This document shows, one piece after another, positions 27,066-36,370 of a DNA stretch of 64,000 nucleotides. The stretch's first letter is position 1. Each line of letters starts with the position of its first letter. Origin of the DNA: Chloroflexota bacterium (GTDB lineage Bacteria > Chloroflexota > Dehalococcoidia > UBA2979); contig PBBA01000006.1 in assembly GCA_002716405.1 (NCBI GenBank), positions 187,966 through 251,965 of the forward strand, written 5' to 3'. Made by a program: the position numbers and the translations under genes. Under the pieces are notes generated by a model that saw only the letters and a list, made by a program, of their open reading frames with translations, made no database searches and was not told the origin of the DNA.

Positions 27066-29564
27066 TCAATCAGCAACCACTACAATACCTTTTTTACTCA
27101 ATTGCATGATCGTATTACTCTCATAATCAAGTTCAGACAAAATATTCAAAGTATGCTCCGCCATCACTGGCGGTGGTCCCAACACAAGCTCTGATCGACT
27201 CATTTCCCAAAGAGCTCCATGTCGCAAGAGAGGGCCCCAAGTAGAATGATTGATTTCCGTAACCATATTGTTTTCTAGGACATGATCATCAGAGAGCCAA
27301 AATTCACCTGGTAATTTACCATCTGCACGAACACATCCAATACCAACTGATGAAAATTCATTCTCCCAATAATCAGCTGTTTCTGTAATAAAAAGTTCAG
27401 TAAGTAGATTAGATAGTTCTTCTGCATTTTCATCTCTACCTATACGAGATGAAAATCGACCGTCTTCAGCTAATTCAGGGCTCTCGATTTTGTTACAAAA
27501 TTGATGCCATTCTTTTTCTAGATGTATACCAAGATAGACCCAACTGTCTCCAGAACATTTATAAAGTCTATTTATTGGACTGGTACCAAAAAGATGATTA
27601 TCAGGTATTTTGCGGTCTGGTTTTCCTCTATATCTGATGAAATCATCAGCGTTTGCATATGCATTAGCACCTAACATATCTATGAATATCCTTTGTCCAC
27701 CATGCCCTTGTGAACGTGCATACAAAGCTAACAATGCTGAACTCATTACTACCATCGACGTATTAGGGTCAGGATTTACTTCATTTCCACGAAATAAGCG
27801 ACGCCCTATCTCACGAATAGCTTCTAAAGATTCTGCTGAGTCATTAGGAGGAAAATTTGCACCAGCCTGGAAAATGGCACCGCCAGCAGCTGCACCAGGC
27901 ACTGGATGTGCAGATGGACGATGAGCACTTGGACCATTTTGACCATACCCATTCATTGCCAAATAAATAATCTGAGGATTAATTGATTGTGCATGAGCAA
28001 AATCAAAGCCTAAACGTTCATCAACACCAGGTCGAAAATTAGAGATAATCAGATCGGTGGTCTCAATTAATTGATCCAATATTATCTTGCCTTCATCAGT
28101 TTTTAAATTAATGACTATACTTTCTTTACTACCATTAACCCGCATCGCACCAACCCCACCTCCAAGTTGTCTATACGGATCACCACCCACTGGCTCTACT
28201 TTGATAACACGCGCTCCTAAATCAGCTAACTGCGAAGCACCCAACGGCGCAGCAATAATGGAAGCAAACTCAAGTACTGTAATACCTTGTAATGGAGGAA
28301 AGGTATCATCACTATAAAGATTTGATTTTGCAGATTGGATATCAGTATTTTCAGATAAAACCTCAAAAGTATGCTCACCTACCGCAGGTGACACACCTCC
28401 AACTTGCCCCGGAGTAACGTCTAAGCTAGCCAACAAGCCTAGTTGTTCCGAACGACCAGAAGCTGGATCAGGATCGGCTTGAACTTGACCTAACATGGAA
28501 TCAACGAGTGTCATATCATCCTTAATCAAAATACCTAAGCGTGGGTCAACGACTTCAACAACATGTCCGTTATCTCTTAAATCAGGATCATCCATCGCTT
28601 CTTGTGTCGTTTGAAAAGGATGAGCAGCAATATTTCCTAATTCTGAAAAATGTGAAATCCATTCATGGGTAGTTTTTTCAAGCATTCGTAATAAAACACG
28701 ATCACGAACTTCCTCAATCACTTCCAATTCCCATTCACCCAAACCACCTTGAGTACGTTCATCAACAAAAATATCGTGCAATCCGATAGCAGCAATAAAA
28801 CTGTCAAATTGACCACGTAGTAAGTTACCTAATTGCATCCAACCATCTTTAGTTTTGACAGGTTGATATTGAATATTTGCGTTTCTATCAATTAACAATC
28901 TCGGATCAGCACCATATTGCTCGTTATCTATTTCAGCAAGTTGCCTGCGGATTAAATCACCTTGTTCATATGTAAGCATGCATCTCAACATACTCGTCTG
29001 CACATATTGTCCGAGGCCGGTACGTTTACGTGAAATAAGAGCAGCTAAGACCCCAGATACTATTGCTTGTGATGCTGCATGAGATGCAACTTGTACAGCA
29101 GAAAACTGAGGTCCTTCACGAGGAGCTGTACCCGCGAATGATTGCATCCTTCCAGTTTTCGCAGCAACAACATCTTCATAGCCAGGATACGAAGAATACG
29201 ATCCATGTTTGCCAAATCCTGTAAGGTGAACATAGACTAAACCACTATTTTTCACAGATAATACATCATAATCGGCACCTAAACCGACAGCACTATTCTG
29301 TCTAATGTTAGAAACAACTACATCAGCATTTTGAGCTAAAAAATGCAAACGTGACTGTTCAATTTTTCTTTTGAGGTCTAGTTCGACACTTCTTTTACCG
29401 CGAAGCCACATAGGTGAAGTAGGTAAAAAACGAAAAGGATCTCCTCCAGGACGTTCAATTTTAATGACATCAGCACCAAAATCAGCAAGAATCATAGTCG
29501 CAATACCAGCAACTGGGCCACTAGACAAATCAAGAATTCTTAAGCCATCAAGTGCTCTAACCAT
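27066..29564 (-). CDS. fused double family-III CoA-transferase (two complete CaiB/BaiF units in one 832-aa polypeptide)
   Basis: Unit 1 (aa 1-405) has LRILDLSSGPVAGIATMILADFGADVIKIERPGGDP ... VGEHTFEVL. Unit 2 (aa 424-832) has ITVLEFASIIAAPLGASQLADLGARVIKVEPVGGDP ... MAEHTLNIL. Confidence 0.8.
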   Translation of the reverse strand: MVRALDGLRILDLSSGPVAGIATMILADFGADVIKIERPGGDPFRFLPTSPMWLRGKRSVELDLKRKIEQSRLHFLAQNADVVVSNIRQNSAVGLGADYDVLSVKNSGLVYVHLTGFGKHGSYSSYPGYEDVVAAKTGRMQSFAGTAPREGPQFSAVQVASHAASQAIVSGVLAALISRKRTGLGQYVQTSMLRCMLTYEQGDLIRRQLAEIDNEQYGADPRLLIDRNANIQYQPVKTKDGWMQLGNLLRGQFDSFIAAIGLHDIFVDERTQGGLGEWELEVIEEVRDRVLLRMLEKTTHEWISHFSELGNIAAHPFQTTQEAMDDPDLRDNGHVVEVVDPRLGILIKDDMTLVDSMLGQVQADPDPASGRSEQLGLLASLDVTPGQVGGVSPAVGEHTFEVLSENTDIQSAKSNLYSDDTFPPLQGITVLEFASIIAAPLGASQLADLGARVIKVEPVGGDPYRQLGGGVGAMRVNGSKESIVINLKTDEGKIILDQLIETTDLIISNFRPGVDERLGFDFAHAQSINPQIIYLAMNGYGQNGPSAHRPSAHPVPGAAAGGAIFQAGANFPPNDSAESLEAIREIGRRLFRGNEVNPDPNTSMVVMSSALLALYARSQGHGGQRIFIDMLGANAYANADDFIRYRGKPDRKIPDNHLFGTSPINRLYKCSGDSWVYLGIHLEKEWHQFCNKIESPELAEDGRFSSRIGRDENAEELSNLLTELFITETADYWENEFSSVGIGCVRADGKLPGEFWLSDDHVLENNMVTEINHSTWGPLLRHGALWEMSRSELVLGPPPVMAEHTLNILSELDYESNTIMQLSKKGIVVVAD

Positions 29565-29586
29565 CTTTGATTCCCTATGAATAAAA

Positions 29587-30009
29587 CTATGGATCTATCT
29601 TTGCAGTAGCAGATCCTCTAACAACTTCTCGTCCATCTTGGTTAGAAGTACTAACAATTAAATCTACATAAAATTGTCCACCATCTTCTCTAATTGATTC
29701 GACTGACAAAGTAGTTGTTAACGTATCACCAGGCCACACTTGATTAACAAAACGAACACCATATTTTGTTAATCGACCATCACCAACTAAATTAGTAATT
29801 GCTACTCCAGTAGCGCCCATTGAAAGCATCCCATGCGCAAAAACTGAAGGATACCCGGCAATTTCCTTTGTATAAACCTCATCAGTATGAATGGGATTGT
29901 AGTCGCCTGAGCTCCCTGCATACTGTACAATCTGAGTTCTAGTTAGGTTTTCAGCTACTACCTCAGAAAACTCCTGACCTTCACTGATATCACTTGCCTT
30001 CAGAGTCAT
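29587..30009 (-). CDS. MaoC-like (R)-specific enoyl-CoA hydratase (hotdog fold)
   Basis: Hydratase motif YAGSSGDYNPIHTD. The ATG at 30009 (MTLKAS...) is preceded by AAAGGG and avoids overlap with the upstream gene. Confidence 0.8.
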   Translation of the reverse strand: MTLKASDISEGQEFSEVVAENLTRTQIVQYAGSSGDYNPIHTDEVYTKEIAGYPSVFAHGMLSMGATGVAITNLVGDGRLTKYGVRFVNQVWPGDTLTTTLSVESIREDGGQFYVDLIVSTSNQDGREVVRGSATAKIDP

Positions 30010-30022
30010 ATTAATACCCTTT

Positions 30023-30499
30023 CTATTGATCGATCGGTCGTTCAGTAACGACACCTACTGAACGTGCGGTAATAACTAATTCATCATTTTGATCATAATA
30101 TTCAGTGATAGTTTCAGAAAATTTTAATTTCCCTGCACGTTTACTTTCTCGCTCCCATTTCTCTCCTTCTTTAACAACAGAGTGAAGGATGTCTCCAGGT
30201 CGGAGATGACGATGATATTCGTAATGTTGTTCAGCATGAAGACCACCACTACCACCTTCTTGTTTTTCAATACCGGTTGGAGTTTTTCCTGAACCAAACC
30301 ACGGTTCCCCGATTTTTGGTCGTAAAGAATATCCTTCATCGAATTGTGCACTCGCAGCAACAAATGTTGGAGGCGCAATTATCCCTTGTGCTTCCGTAGT
30401 TAAAGCATAATTCGAATCATAATAAACTTGGTTTTTATCACCTATCGATCTTGCAAAAAGCATTATATGTCCAGCTTCAACTGGAAATTGATCACTCAT
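30023..30499 (-). CDS. MaoC-dehydratase N-terminal-type hotdog protein (non-catalytic partner subunit type)
   Basis: 158-aa hotdog-like ORF without the D-x-N-P-x-H hydratase motif, directly upstream of the catalytic MaoC gene. SD is GAGGAGAT. Confidence 0.65.
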   Translation of the reverse strand: MSDQFPVEAGHIMLFARSIGDKNQVYYDSNYALTTEAQGIIAPPTFVAASAQFDEGYSLRPKIGEPWFGSGKTPTGIEKQEGGSGGLHAEQHYEYHRHLRPGDILHSVVKEGEKWERESKRAGKLKFSETITEYYDQNDELVITARSVGVVTERPIDQ

Positions 30500-30514
30500 T
30501 ATCTCCTCAATTCT

Positions 30515-30622
30515 TTAAAATATACTTCCAACGCGAATACTCCGTTCAATAGCATAGACTATTAACAATCCAACTCCTACTACTATCCACTTCCAATGAT
30601 ATCGTCCAGGGTCTTCTAACAT
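30515..30622 (-). CDS. possible 35-aa single-TM micro-protein
   Basis: Not in the ORF track. MLEDPGRYHWKWIVVGVGLLIVYAIERSIRVGSIF, with a near-perfect SD (GAGGTGATCA-ATG). It lies 15 nt upstream of the MaoC pair. Confidence 0.35.
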   Translation of the reverse strand: MLEDPGRYHWKWIVVGVGLLIVYAIERSIRVGSIF

Positions 30623-30653
30623 TGATCACCTCATAATTAATCTAGTTAATTTT

Positions 30654-31580
30654 TTATTGCGGACGTCCGATTTTGCCACTCGGAGTAATTACAGCTCCAT
30701 CATATCTAACATTGTTTATTTTAGCCCCTGGAGAAACAAGAACATTTTCAAGAGTTGCACCATTTAGTACACAATTTGCTCCTATCACAACATTTTTACC
30801 AATTTGACATCTAGAAATTTCTGCTTCAGGTGATATTAAATTCTCTTGCTCATAGTGATCCAAGATTTGTGACTGAGCAGAAAGTAGTGATTTTAAATTT
30901 CCCGTGTCTAACCATTGTCCATCAAACTTCCTACCTGCAACGTATCCACCTTCTTCAATGATTGCAGAAAGTGTTCCTGATATCTCCAATTCACCTTTCT
31001 TATTAGCTACCGGATCATCCAGAATACGATCCACAGCATCAGGCCCTAGCATCCACCATGCAGTACAAGCTAAGTTAGAAAGTGGTTTTTGAGGTTTCTC
31101 AACAAATGATACAATCTGCTTACCTTTTAACTTTGCAATTCCCATATCTTTTGGTCGATCTGTGTAAGAGAGAGGTAACCAAGCTTGAGCTCCACTTTCT
31201 TCCCATTTTTCAATATCAACAGCCAAATTTCCACCAAGTAAAATAGAATCGGTAGCAACCACAATGGTATGTCTTCCTCGTATGATTTCATTTGGAACTT
31301 GAGCAACTGCATCAGCTGGTCCATTAGGTAAAGACTGAATTACAGCACTTAATGTGATTGGGAAATCAGAAATATCTAATTCTTCAACCTGCAAAACTTC
31401 CTCAGGGGATCGAACAACAACCACTACATCTTTTATTCCGATTTCACATAGACGATCTAACGCATAAAACAACATTGGTCTGTTCAAAAGCGGAATTAAC
31501 CCTTTAGAAAATTCTATACTCAATGGGCGAAGACGATTTGCTTTCCCTCCAGTCAGCAAAATTGCAATAGGAATTTCCAT
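30654..31580 (-). CDS. sugar-1-phosphate nucleotidyltransferase with C-terminal left-handed beta-helix
   Basis: NTP-transferase motif AILLTGGKANRLRPLS. The C-terminus has hexapeptide-like repeats (IGKNVVIGANCVLNGATLENVLVSPGAKI). Confidence 0.7.
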   Translation of the reverse strand: MEIPIAILLTGGKANRLRPLSIEFSKGLIPLLNRPMLFYALDRLCEIGIKDVVVVVRSPEEVLQVEELDISDFPITLSAVIQSLPNGPADAVAQVPNEIIRGRHTIVVATDSILLGGNLAVDIEKWEESGAQAWLPLSYTDRPKDMGIAKLKGKQIVSFVEKPQKPLSNLACTAWWMLGPDAVDRILDDPVANKKGELEISGTLSAIIEEGGYVAGRKFDGQWLDTGNLKSLLSAQSQILDHYEQENLISPEAEISRCQIGKNVVIGANCVLNGATLENVLVSPGAKINNVRYDGAVITPSGKIGRPQ

Positions 31581-31678
31581 ATAATTATCCTAAAAAAACT
31601 TATCTGTTTTTTTTAATCAATAACTAAGTTATATCATTTTTTGTGACGAACAATTCTCCTTAGTATTATTATCCAGTT

Positions 31679-32020
31679 ATGAAAACAAAAAAAATGATTT
31701 TTGAGTCAACTTTTAGAGAACAACAATATCAATTACATGAGTCAAATTCCTTGGAATCGCTTTTTCATTTGATACTAATCGATGACAATCAACACAGTTA
31801 TCATTATGTAATCGAAATGCTAGGCTATATATTTGGCTACGGTGAAGAAAAAGCATGGACATTAGCTCGAATTGTCGATACACAAGGACAGGTAATAATT
31901 GAAACTGCTTCACGTTCAATTTGTGAAGAACATCAATTGCAGGTACATAATTATGGTGCAGATCATCGTATTACTAGCTCTAAAGGGTCAATGTCTGCAA
32001 TTATTGAGTCTGCACCGTAG
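31679..32020 (+). CDS. clpS: ATP-dependent Clp protease adaptor ClpS
   Basis: 113-aa ORF with the core HLILIDDNQHSYHYVIEML...EKAWTLARIVDTQGQ, typical of ClpS. Confidence 0.75.
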   Translation: MKTKKMIFESTFREQQYQLHESNSLESLFHLILIDDNQHSYHYVIEMLGYIFGYGEEKAWTLARIVDTQGQVIIETASRSICEEHQLQVHNYGADHRITSSKGSMSAIIESAP

Positions 32021-32051
32021 CATAATTCACAAACATCGATACACTACCTAG

Positions 32052-33575
32052 ATGGATACAATGAACCTCAACATCACACGTTACTGTTTAGAACAATGGG
32101 CATGTGATAATTCAACTGCTAGTAAGCCAGCATTTACTTTCGCTAGAAAAAACAAAAAAAATGATACTTGGACCTATCAGGAGGTTTGGAATTTGGTCCA
32201 ATCCATTGGCAAAGGTTACATTAAACTAGGGCTTAAAAAGGGAGACCGGGTTCTAATACGTCTACCACACTCTCCTGAGTATGCATTTGCTTTTTTTGGG
32301 GCAAATATAGCTGGCTTAATTCCAATACCAGCATCACCACAGTTAACTAACGAAGAAGCTTCTTTCCTACTAGAAGATTCTGGAGCTACATGTATCGTAC
32401 AATCATCAACGGCACAACCTTTTAACTTCAAAGGAATAACTATCGAAGATAAAAATCTTCTCCATATGAATGGAGAAAAGGAACTACCGTTCACAAAATC
32501 AGAAGACCCAGGATTTTTAATTTATACATCCGGAACTACTGCAAAACCTAAAGGTGTCTTACATGCACAAAGAACAGTTCTTGGGAGAGCCTTTATGCGT
32601 AAGGGATGGCAAGATTTTCAAAAACAAGACATCACGATGCATGCAGGAACTTTGAACTGGTCTTATACCTTGGGGGTAGGCTTATTAGATGCTTGGGCCG
32701 TTGGTGCTCATGCGACATTACAAGAAAGCCCAATTGAACCAGATGAATGGCCTGAAATAATTGAAAGATTAAAAATTAATGTTTTCAGTGCAGTTCCTAC
32801 GATTTTTAGACAAATATTAAAATATTCCGAAATTGAAAAATATGACCTCTCTGCACTACGACATGTATTGTGCGGAGGAGAACCTCTTACACCTGCACTT
32901 TATGAAGAATGGGAGTCACGTACCAATACGAAAATTCATGAAGCATTAGGTATGACAGAATTAAGTACATATATTTCTTCTAGCCCTACAATCACAACCC
33001 GCATAGGTTCACCAGGAAAACCACAGCTAGGAAGAAATATAGCCATACTCCCTGAAGATAGTGATTCCACTGAACCAGTGCCACCTAATGAAATAGGTCT
33101 TTTGGCATCCCATCGATCAGATCCAGGATTAATGTTGGGTTATTGGAATAGACCTCAAGAAGAATCAGCTGTATTTCGGGGAGATTGGTTTATTGGAGGA
33201 GATCGTGCTGCTATGGATACCGATGGTTACATCTGGTTCCACGGGCGAGCAGATGACGTAATAAAATCTTTCGGTTTCAGGCTATCACCCGTAGAAATTG
33301 AGGCTGTTCTCGAATCTCATCCTGAAGTATCTGAGGCTGCTGTAATCGGTTATCAACTTGATGAAAGTAAAACTTTAGTTACTGCATGTATAGTTCCTGT
33401 AGAAAACCATGACATCAATGAGCAAAATCTAAAAATATTTGCCACTGAACACTTAGCAGAGTACAAACAACCACATCAATATAAATTTTTTAAATCACTC
33501 CCCCGTACAAAAAATGGAAAATTACAAAGAAGCGTTTTGTTAAAATCACTTCACGAGGCAAGTAAAAATTTATAA
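32052..33575 (+). CDS. AMP-dependent acyl-CoA synthetase/ligase
   Basis: AMP-binding motif FLIYTSGTTAKPKGVLH and a C-terminal PRTKNGKLQR. Confidence 0.85.
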   Translation: MDTMNLNITRYCLEQWACDNSTASKPAFTFARKNKKNDTWTYQEVWNLVQSIGKGYIKLGLKKGDRVLIRLPHSPEYAFAFFGANIAGLIPIPASPQLTNEEASFLLEDSGATCIVQSSTAQPFNFKGITIEDKNLLHMNGEKELPFTKSEDPGFLIYTSGTTAKPKGVLHAQRTVLGRAFMRKGWQDFQKQDITMHAGTLNWSYTLGVGLLDAWAVGAHATLQESPIEPDEWPEIIERLKINVFSAVPTIFRQILKYSEIEKYDLSALRHVLCGGEPLTPALYEEWESRTNTKIHEALGMTELSTYISSSPTITTRIGSPGKPQLGRNIAILPEDSDSTEPVPPNEIGLLASHRSDPGLMLGYWNRPQEESAVFRGDWFIGGDRAAMDTDGYIWFHGRADDVIKSFGFRLSPVEIEAVLESHPEVSEAAVIGYQLDESKTLVTACIVPVENHDINEQNLKIFATEHLAEYKQPHQYKFFKSLPRTKNGKLQRSVLLKSLHEASKNL

Positions 33576-33602
33576 TAAAAACTAATTTGAAATGAGAGAA
33601 AT

Positions 33603-34379
33603 TTGTTAAAAATTAAAGCAAGCATAACAGGAATTATCGGAGGATTTATTTCAGGTATGACTGGTATTGGTGGTGGTACTGTGATGGTCCCTTTACTTAC
33701 CGGCTTCGTACTTATGAGACAACACCGAGCACATGCAACATCGTTAGTAATAGTAATTTTTGTAGCAATTTCGGCAGCAACACAGTACTTAATGCGCGAT
33801 CAAATCAGATGGGATTTAGCTATTGCCCTTAGTATTGGCGCAGTTGTTGGAGCACAGATTGGTGCTAGGACTATGCACTCAATGCCTGAAAAAAATTTAA
33901 GAATGATTTTTGCAATTTTTTTATTTGTCGTTGGTATAAGGCTTATCTTTGGCAGTTCAATTATTGACTTATCATTTGATGGCAACGCACTATCCAATAA
34001 CACACAAACTATAAGCTCCTTACTCATTGGATTAGTAGGTGGTGCTTTTGGAGGACTCTTAGGTATTGGAGGAGGTGCTATTTTTGTCCCTGCACTGGTT
34101 TTAATTCTCGGACAAGACCAACATATCGCACAAGGTATATCACTAATAGTCATCATTTCAACTGCCCTATCAGGTACAGCTGTAAATTTACGAAGCGGTT
34201 ATATCGATAAAAAAATAGTAATTTGGGTAACTCCTCCAGCAGTCATATTAGCAATCATAGGAGGCTATACTGCTGGTCTTTTAGATAGTGAAACTCTTAG
34301 TCGCATATTTGGTTTTGTAGTTTTATATGTAGCAATTAGAAGTTTTTATACAACTTGGCTAAAATCCAAAACAAACTAA
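33603..34379 (+). CDS. TauE/SafE (TSUP) family anion exporter
   Basis: Polytopic membrane ORF with the duplicated motifs MTGIGGGTVMVPLL and LLGIGGGAIFVPAL. Confidence 0.75.
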   Translation: MLKIKASITGIIGGFISGMTGIGGGTVMVPLLTGFVLMRQHRAHATSLVIVIFVAISAATQYLMRDQIRWDLAIALSIGAVVGAQIGARTMHSMPEKNLRMIFAIFLFVVGIRLIFGSSIIDLSFDGNALSNNTQTISSLLIGLVGGAFGGLLGIGGGAIFVPALVLILGQDQHIAQGISLIVIISTALSGTAVNLRSGYIDKKIVIWVTPPAVILAIIGGYTAGLLDSETLSRIFGFVVLYVAIRSFYTTWLKSKTN

Positions 34380-35713
34380 TTTTTTGTAGCTCTTGTTACA
34401 GTACGTAAAAGTATATAGCCAATAATTCCTGATAATAATGAGGCAACCAAAATGCCAACCTTAGCATTCGTTAGTAACTCATTTGTATTGAATGACAGCT
34501 CAGTAACAAACAAGGAGACTGTGAATCCAATGCCACCAAGAAAACCTATACCAACAATTTGTAACCAATTGACACCTAATGGCAATCGCGCTCCCAATTT
34601 GACTGCAATCCATACACCTAACGTAACTCCAATAGGTTTGCCTAATAGCAAACCTAAAGTGATCCCCCAAGTTAAACTAGAATTGAAAACATCAACTAAT
34701 GTATCCATAGATAAATAGACGCCAGCATTGGCAAAAGCAAAGATAGGGACAATGGCAAAAGCTACAGGTCGTTGCAAAGTATGCTCTAATCGATCAAGAG
34801 GTGAAATTGTTTGGCGACCTAATTCAGAAACTTGCATAAGGGTATGAATTCTTTCTTCACGACCTAGATTTGTGCCTTCAACTTGAGAGTCGTTTTTCAG
34901 TTGCTGCATCAGTGGATCCGCTATCTGAGAAAAAGATTCCGGACGATTCCAACTACGCCAAGGTGTCATCAAACCTAATAATACACCCATTATTGTTGTA
35001 TGTACTCCTGATTCAAGCATTGCAACCCATGCGACTGCACCGATTAGAAAATAAATTGGTATATACCAAACACCTATTCGATTAAGAAAATAAATTAGCG
35101 CAAGAAGCAAAAAAACGATTATTAGAGCTTGAACATTAATAGTTGCCGTGTAAAAAAGGGCAATCACAGCTATAGCACCTAAATCATCAACTATAGCCAT
35201 AGCCAAAAGTAAAACTAACAACCCTGTGGATACTCGAGAACGTAATAACATTAATACACCCACAGCAAAGGCTATATCTGTTGCCATTGGTATTGCCCAT
35301 CCAGAACGTGCTTCAGCATCATCCACAATCAAGAAAAATATTAATGCAGGTACTACCATTCCACCGGTAGCTGCAGCAGCAGGTACTGCCATACGACGAA
35401 TACTTGCCAATTCTCCTACAACTAATTCTCTTTTAATCTCCATCCCAACCAAAAAGAAAAAAAGTACCATCGCAGCATCATTGATCCAGAAATGTAAATC
35501 CCGATCAATAGAATAAAACCCAAAGTCAATCGCTATATGGTGGTGCAAAAAATCACCGTAATAAGATGAAAAAGGAGAATTTGCCACAGTTAAAGCAAGG
35601 ATTGCCATAACAAGAAGAATGAATCCACTTGCACTTTCTGTCTGAAGAAAATGTTGAATAGGTCTAGCCAAACGAACTTTATAAACACCAGGAGGAGGCG
35701 ATTCTACATTCAT
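34376..35713 (-). CDS. nhaA: Na+/H+ antiporter NhaA
   Basis: 445-aa polytopic ORF with the NhaA signature IVDDLGAIAVIALFY. Confidence 0.85.
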   Translation of the reverse strand: MNVESPPPGVYKVRLARPIQHFLQTESASGFILLVMAILALTVANSPFSSYYGDFLHHHIAIDFGFYSIDRDLHFWINDAAMVLFFFLVGMEIKRELVVGELASIRRMAVPAAAATGGMVVPALIFFLIVDDAEARSGWAIPMATDIAFAVGVLMLLRSRVSTGLLVLLLAMAIVDDLGAIAVIALFYTATINVQALIIVFLLLALIYFLNRIGVWYIPIYFLIGAVAWVAMLESGVHTTIMGVLLGLMTPWRSWNRPESFSQIADPLMQQLKNDSQVEGTNLGREERIHTLMQVSELGRQTISPLDRLEHTLQRPVAFAIVPIFAFANAGVYLSMDTLVDVFNSSLTWGITLGLLLGKPIGVTLGVWIAVKLGARLPLGVNWLQIVGIGFLGGIGFTVSLFVTELSFNTNELLTNAKVGILVASLLSGIIGYILLRTVTRATKN

Positions 35714-35800
35714 TTTGATATTAACATCCGTCTATTTATATTAATTAGTAAGGTGATTTACTGGAGAAATTTTATCAAACAACTTAGTTTGAGTCTGTCA

Positions 35801-36307
35801 CTAAAGATTATTCAATGCACGCCATAATTCTGGATTACTTCGAAGAAATTTATTTAATGATGATGAAGTCACGCCAATTTTTTTTGCAGTTAAAGAAACC
35901 TTCCAATTATTAGCACTTAATTCATCAAACAATGATGCGACAATTATAGAATATTTCGAGTTTCGAGTATTAAGTGTAAATGAACTATTTTTAGTTTGTT
36001 GAACAAATTTTTCTAATTCACTTCGAACATTTGGGGGATTACTTCGTAAAGTTAGAGCAATTTTTAATCGTAACCTACGTAATGCATAAACCCGATTAAT
36101 ATGCTGTGAACGTGACTCACTAGAAAAACCCACAAGACCAGATGAAACGTGTCTAATTCTAACAGCAGAATCTGTCTTGTTCTTCTTTTGGCCACCGGGG
36201 CCACTTGCACGAAATTTATCAAGAACACACTGTTCCATTAACTCTTGATCTGTCAAATACAAAAAATCAATCCAAGATTGATTTTCAACAGAATTCATAT
36301 CTTTCAC
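35801..36307 (-). CDS. class-I release-factor-like GGQ-domain protein (ArfB/peptidyl-tRNA hydrolase-like) with extra C-terminal domain
   Basis: RASGPGGQKKNKTDSAVRIRH carries the GGQ motif and is followed by a basic tail. About 70 additional C-terminal residues are of unknown type. Confidence 0.6.
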   Translation of the reverse strand: MKDMNSVENQSWIDFLYLTDQELMEQCVLDKFRASGPGGQKKNKTDSAVRIRHVSSGLVGFSSESRSQHINRVYALRRLRLKIALTLRSNPPNVRSELEKFVQQTKNSSFTLNTRNSKYSIIVASLFDELSANNWKVSLTAKKIGVTSSSLNKFLRSNPELWRALNNL

Positions 36308-36370
36308 CTATCATCCTGTGCGTAATCCATCTATCCTTATTAGCCTATACGTTTATAAAGAAAGAGCCTA

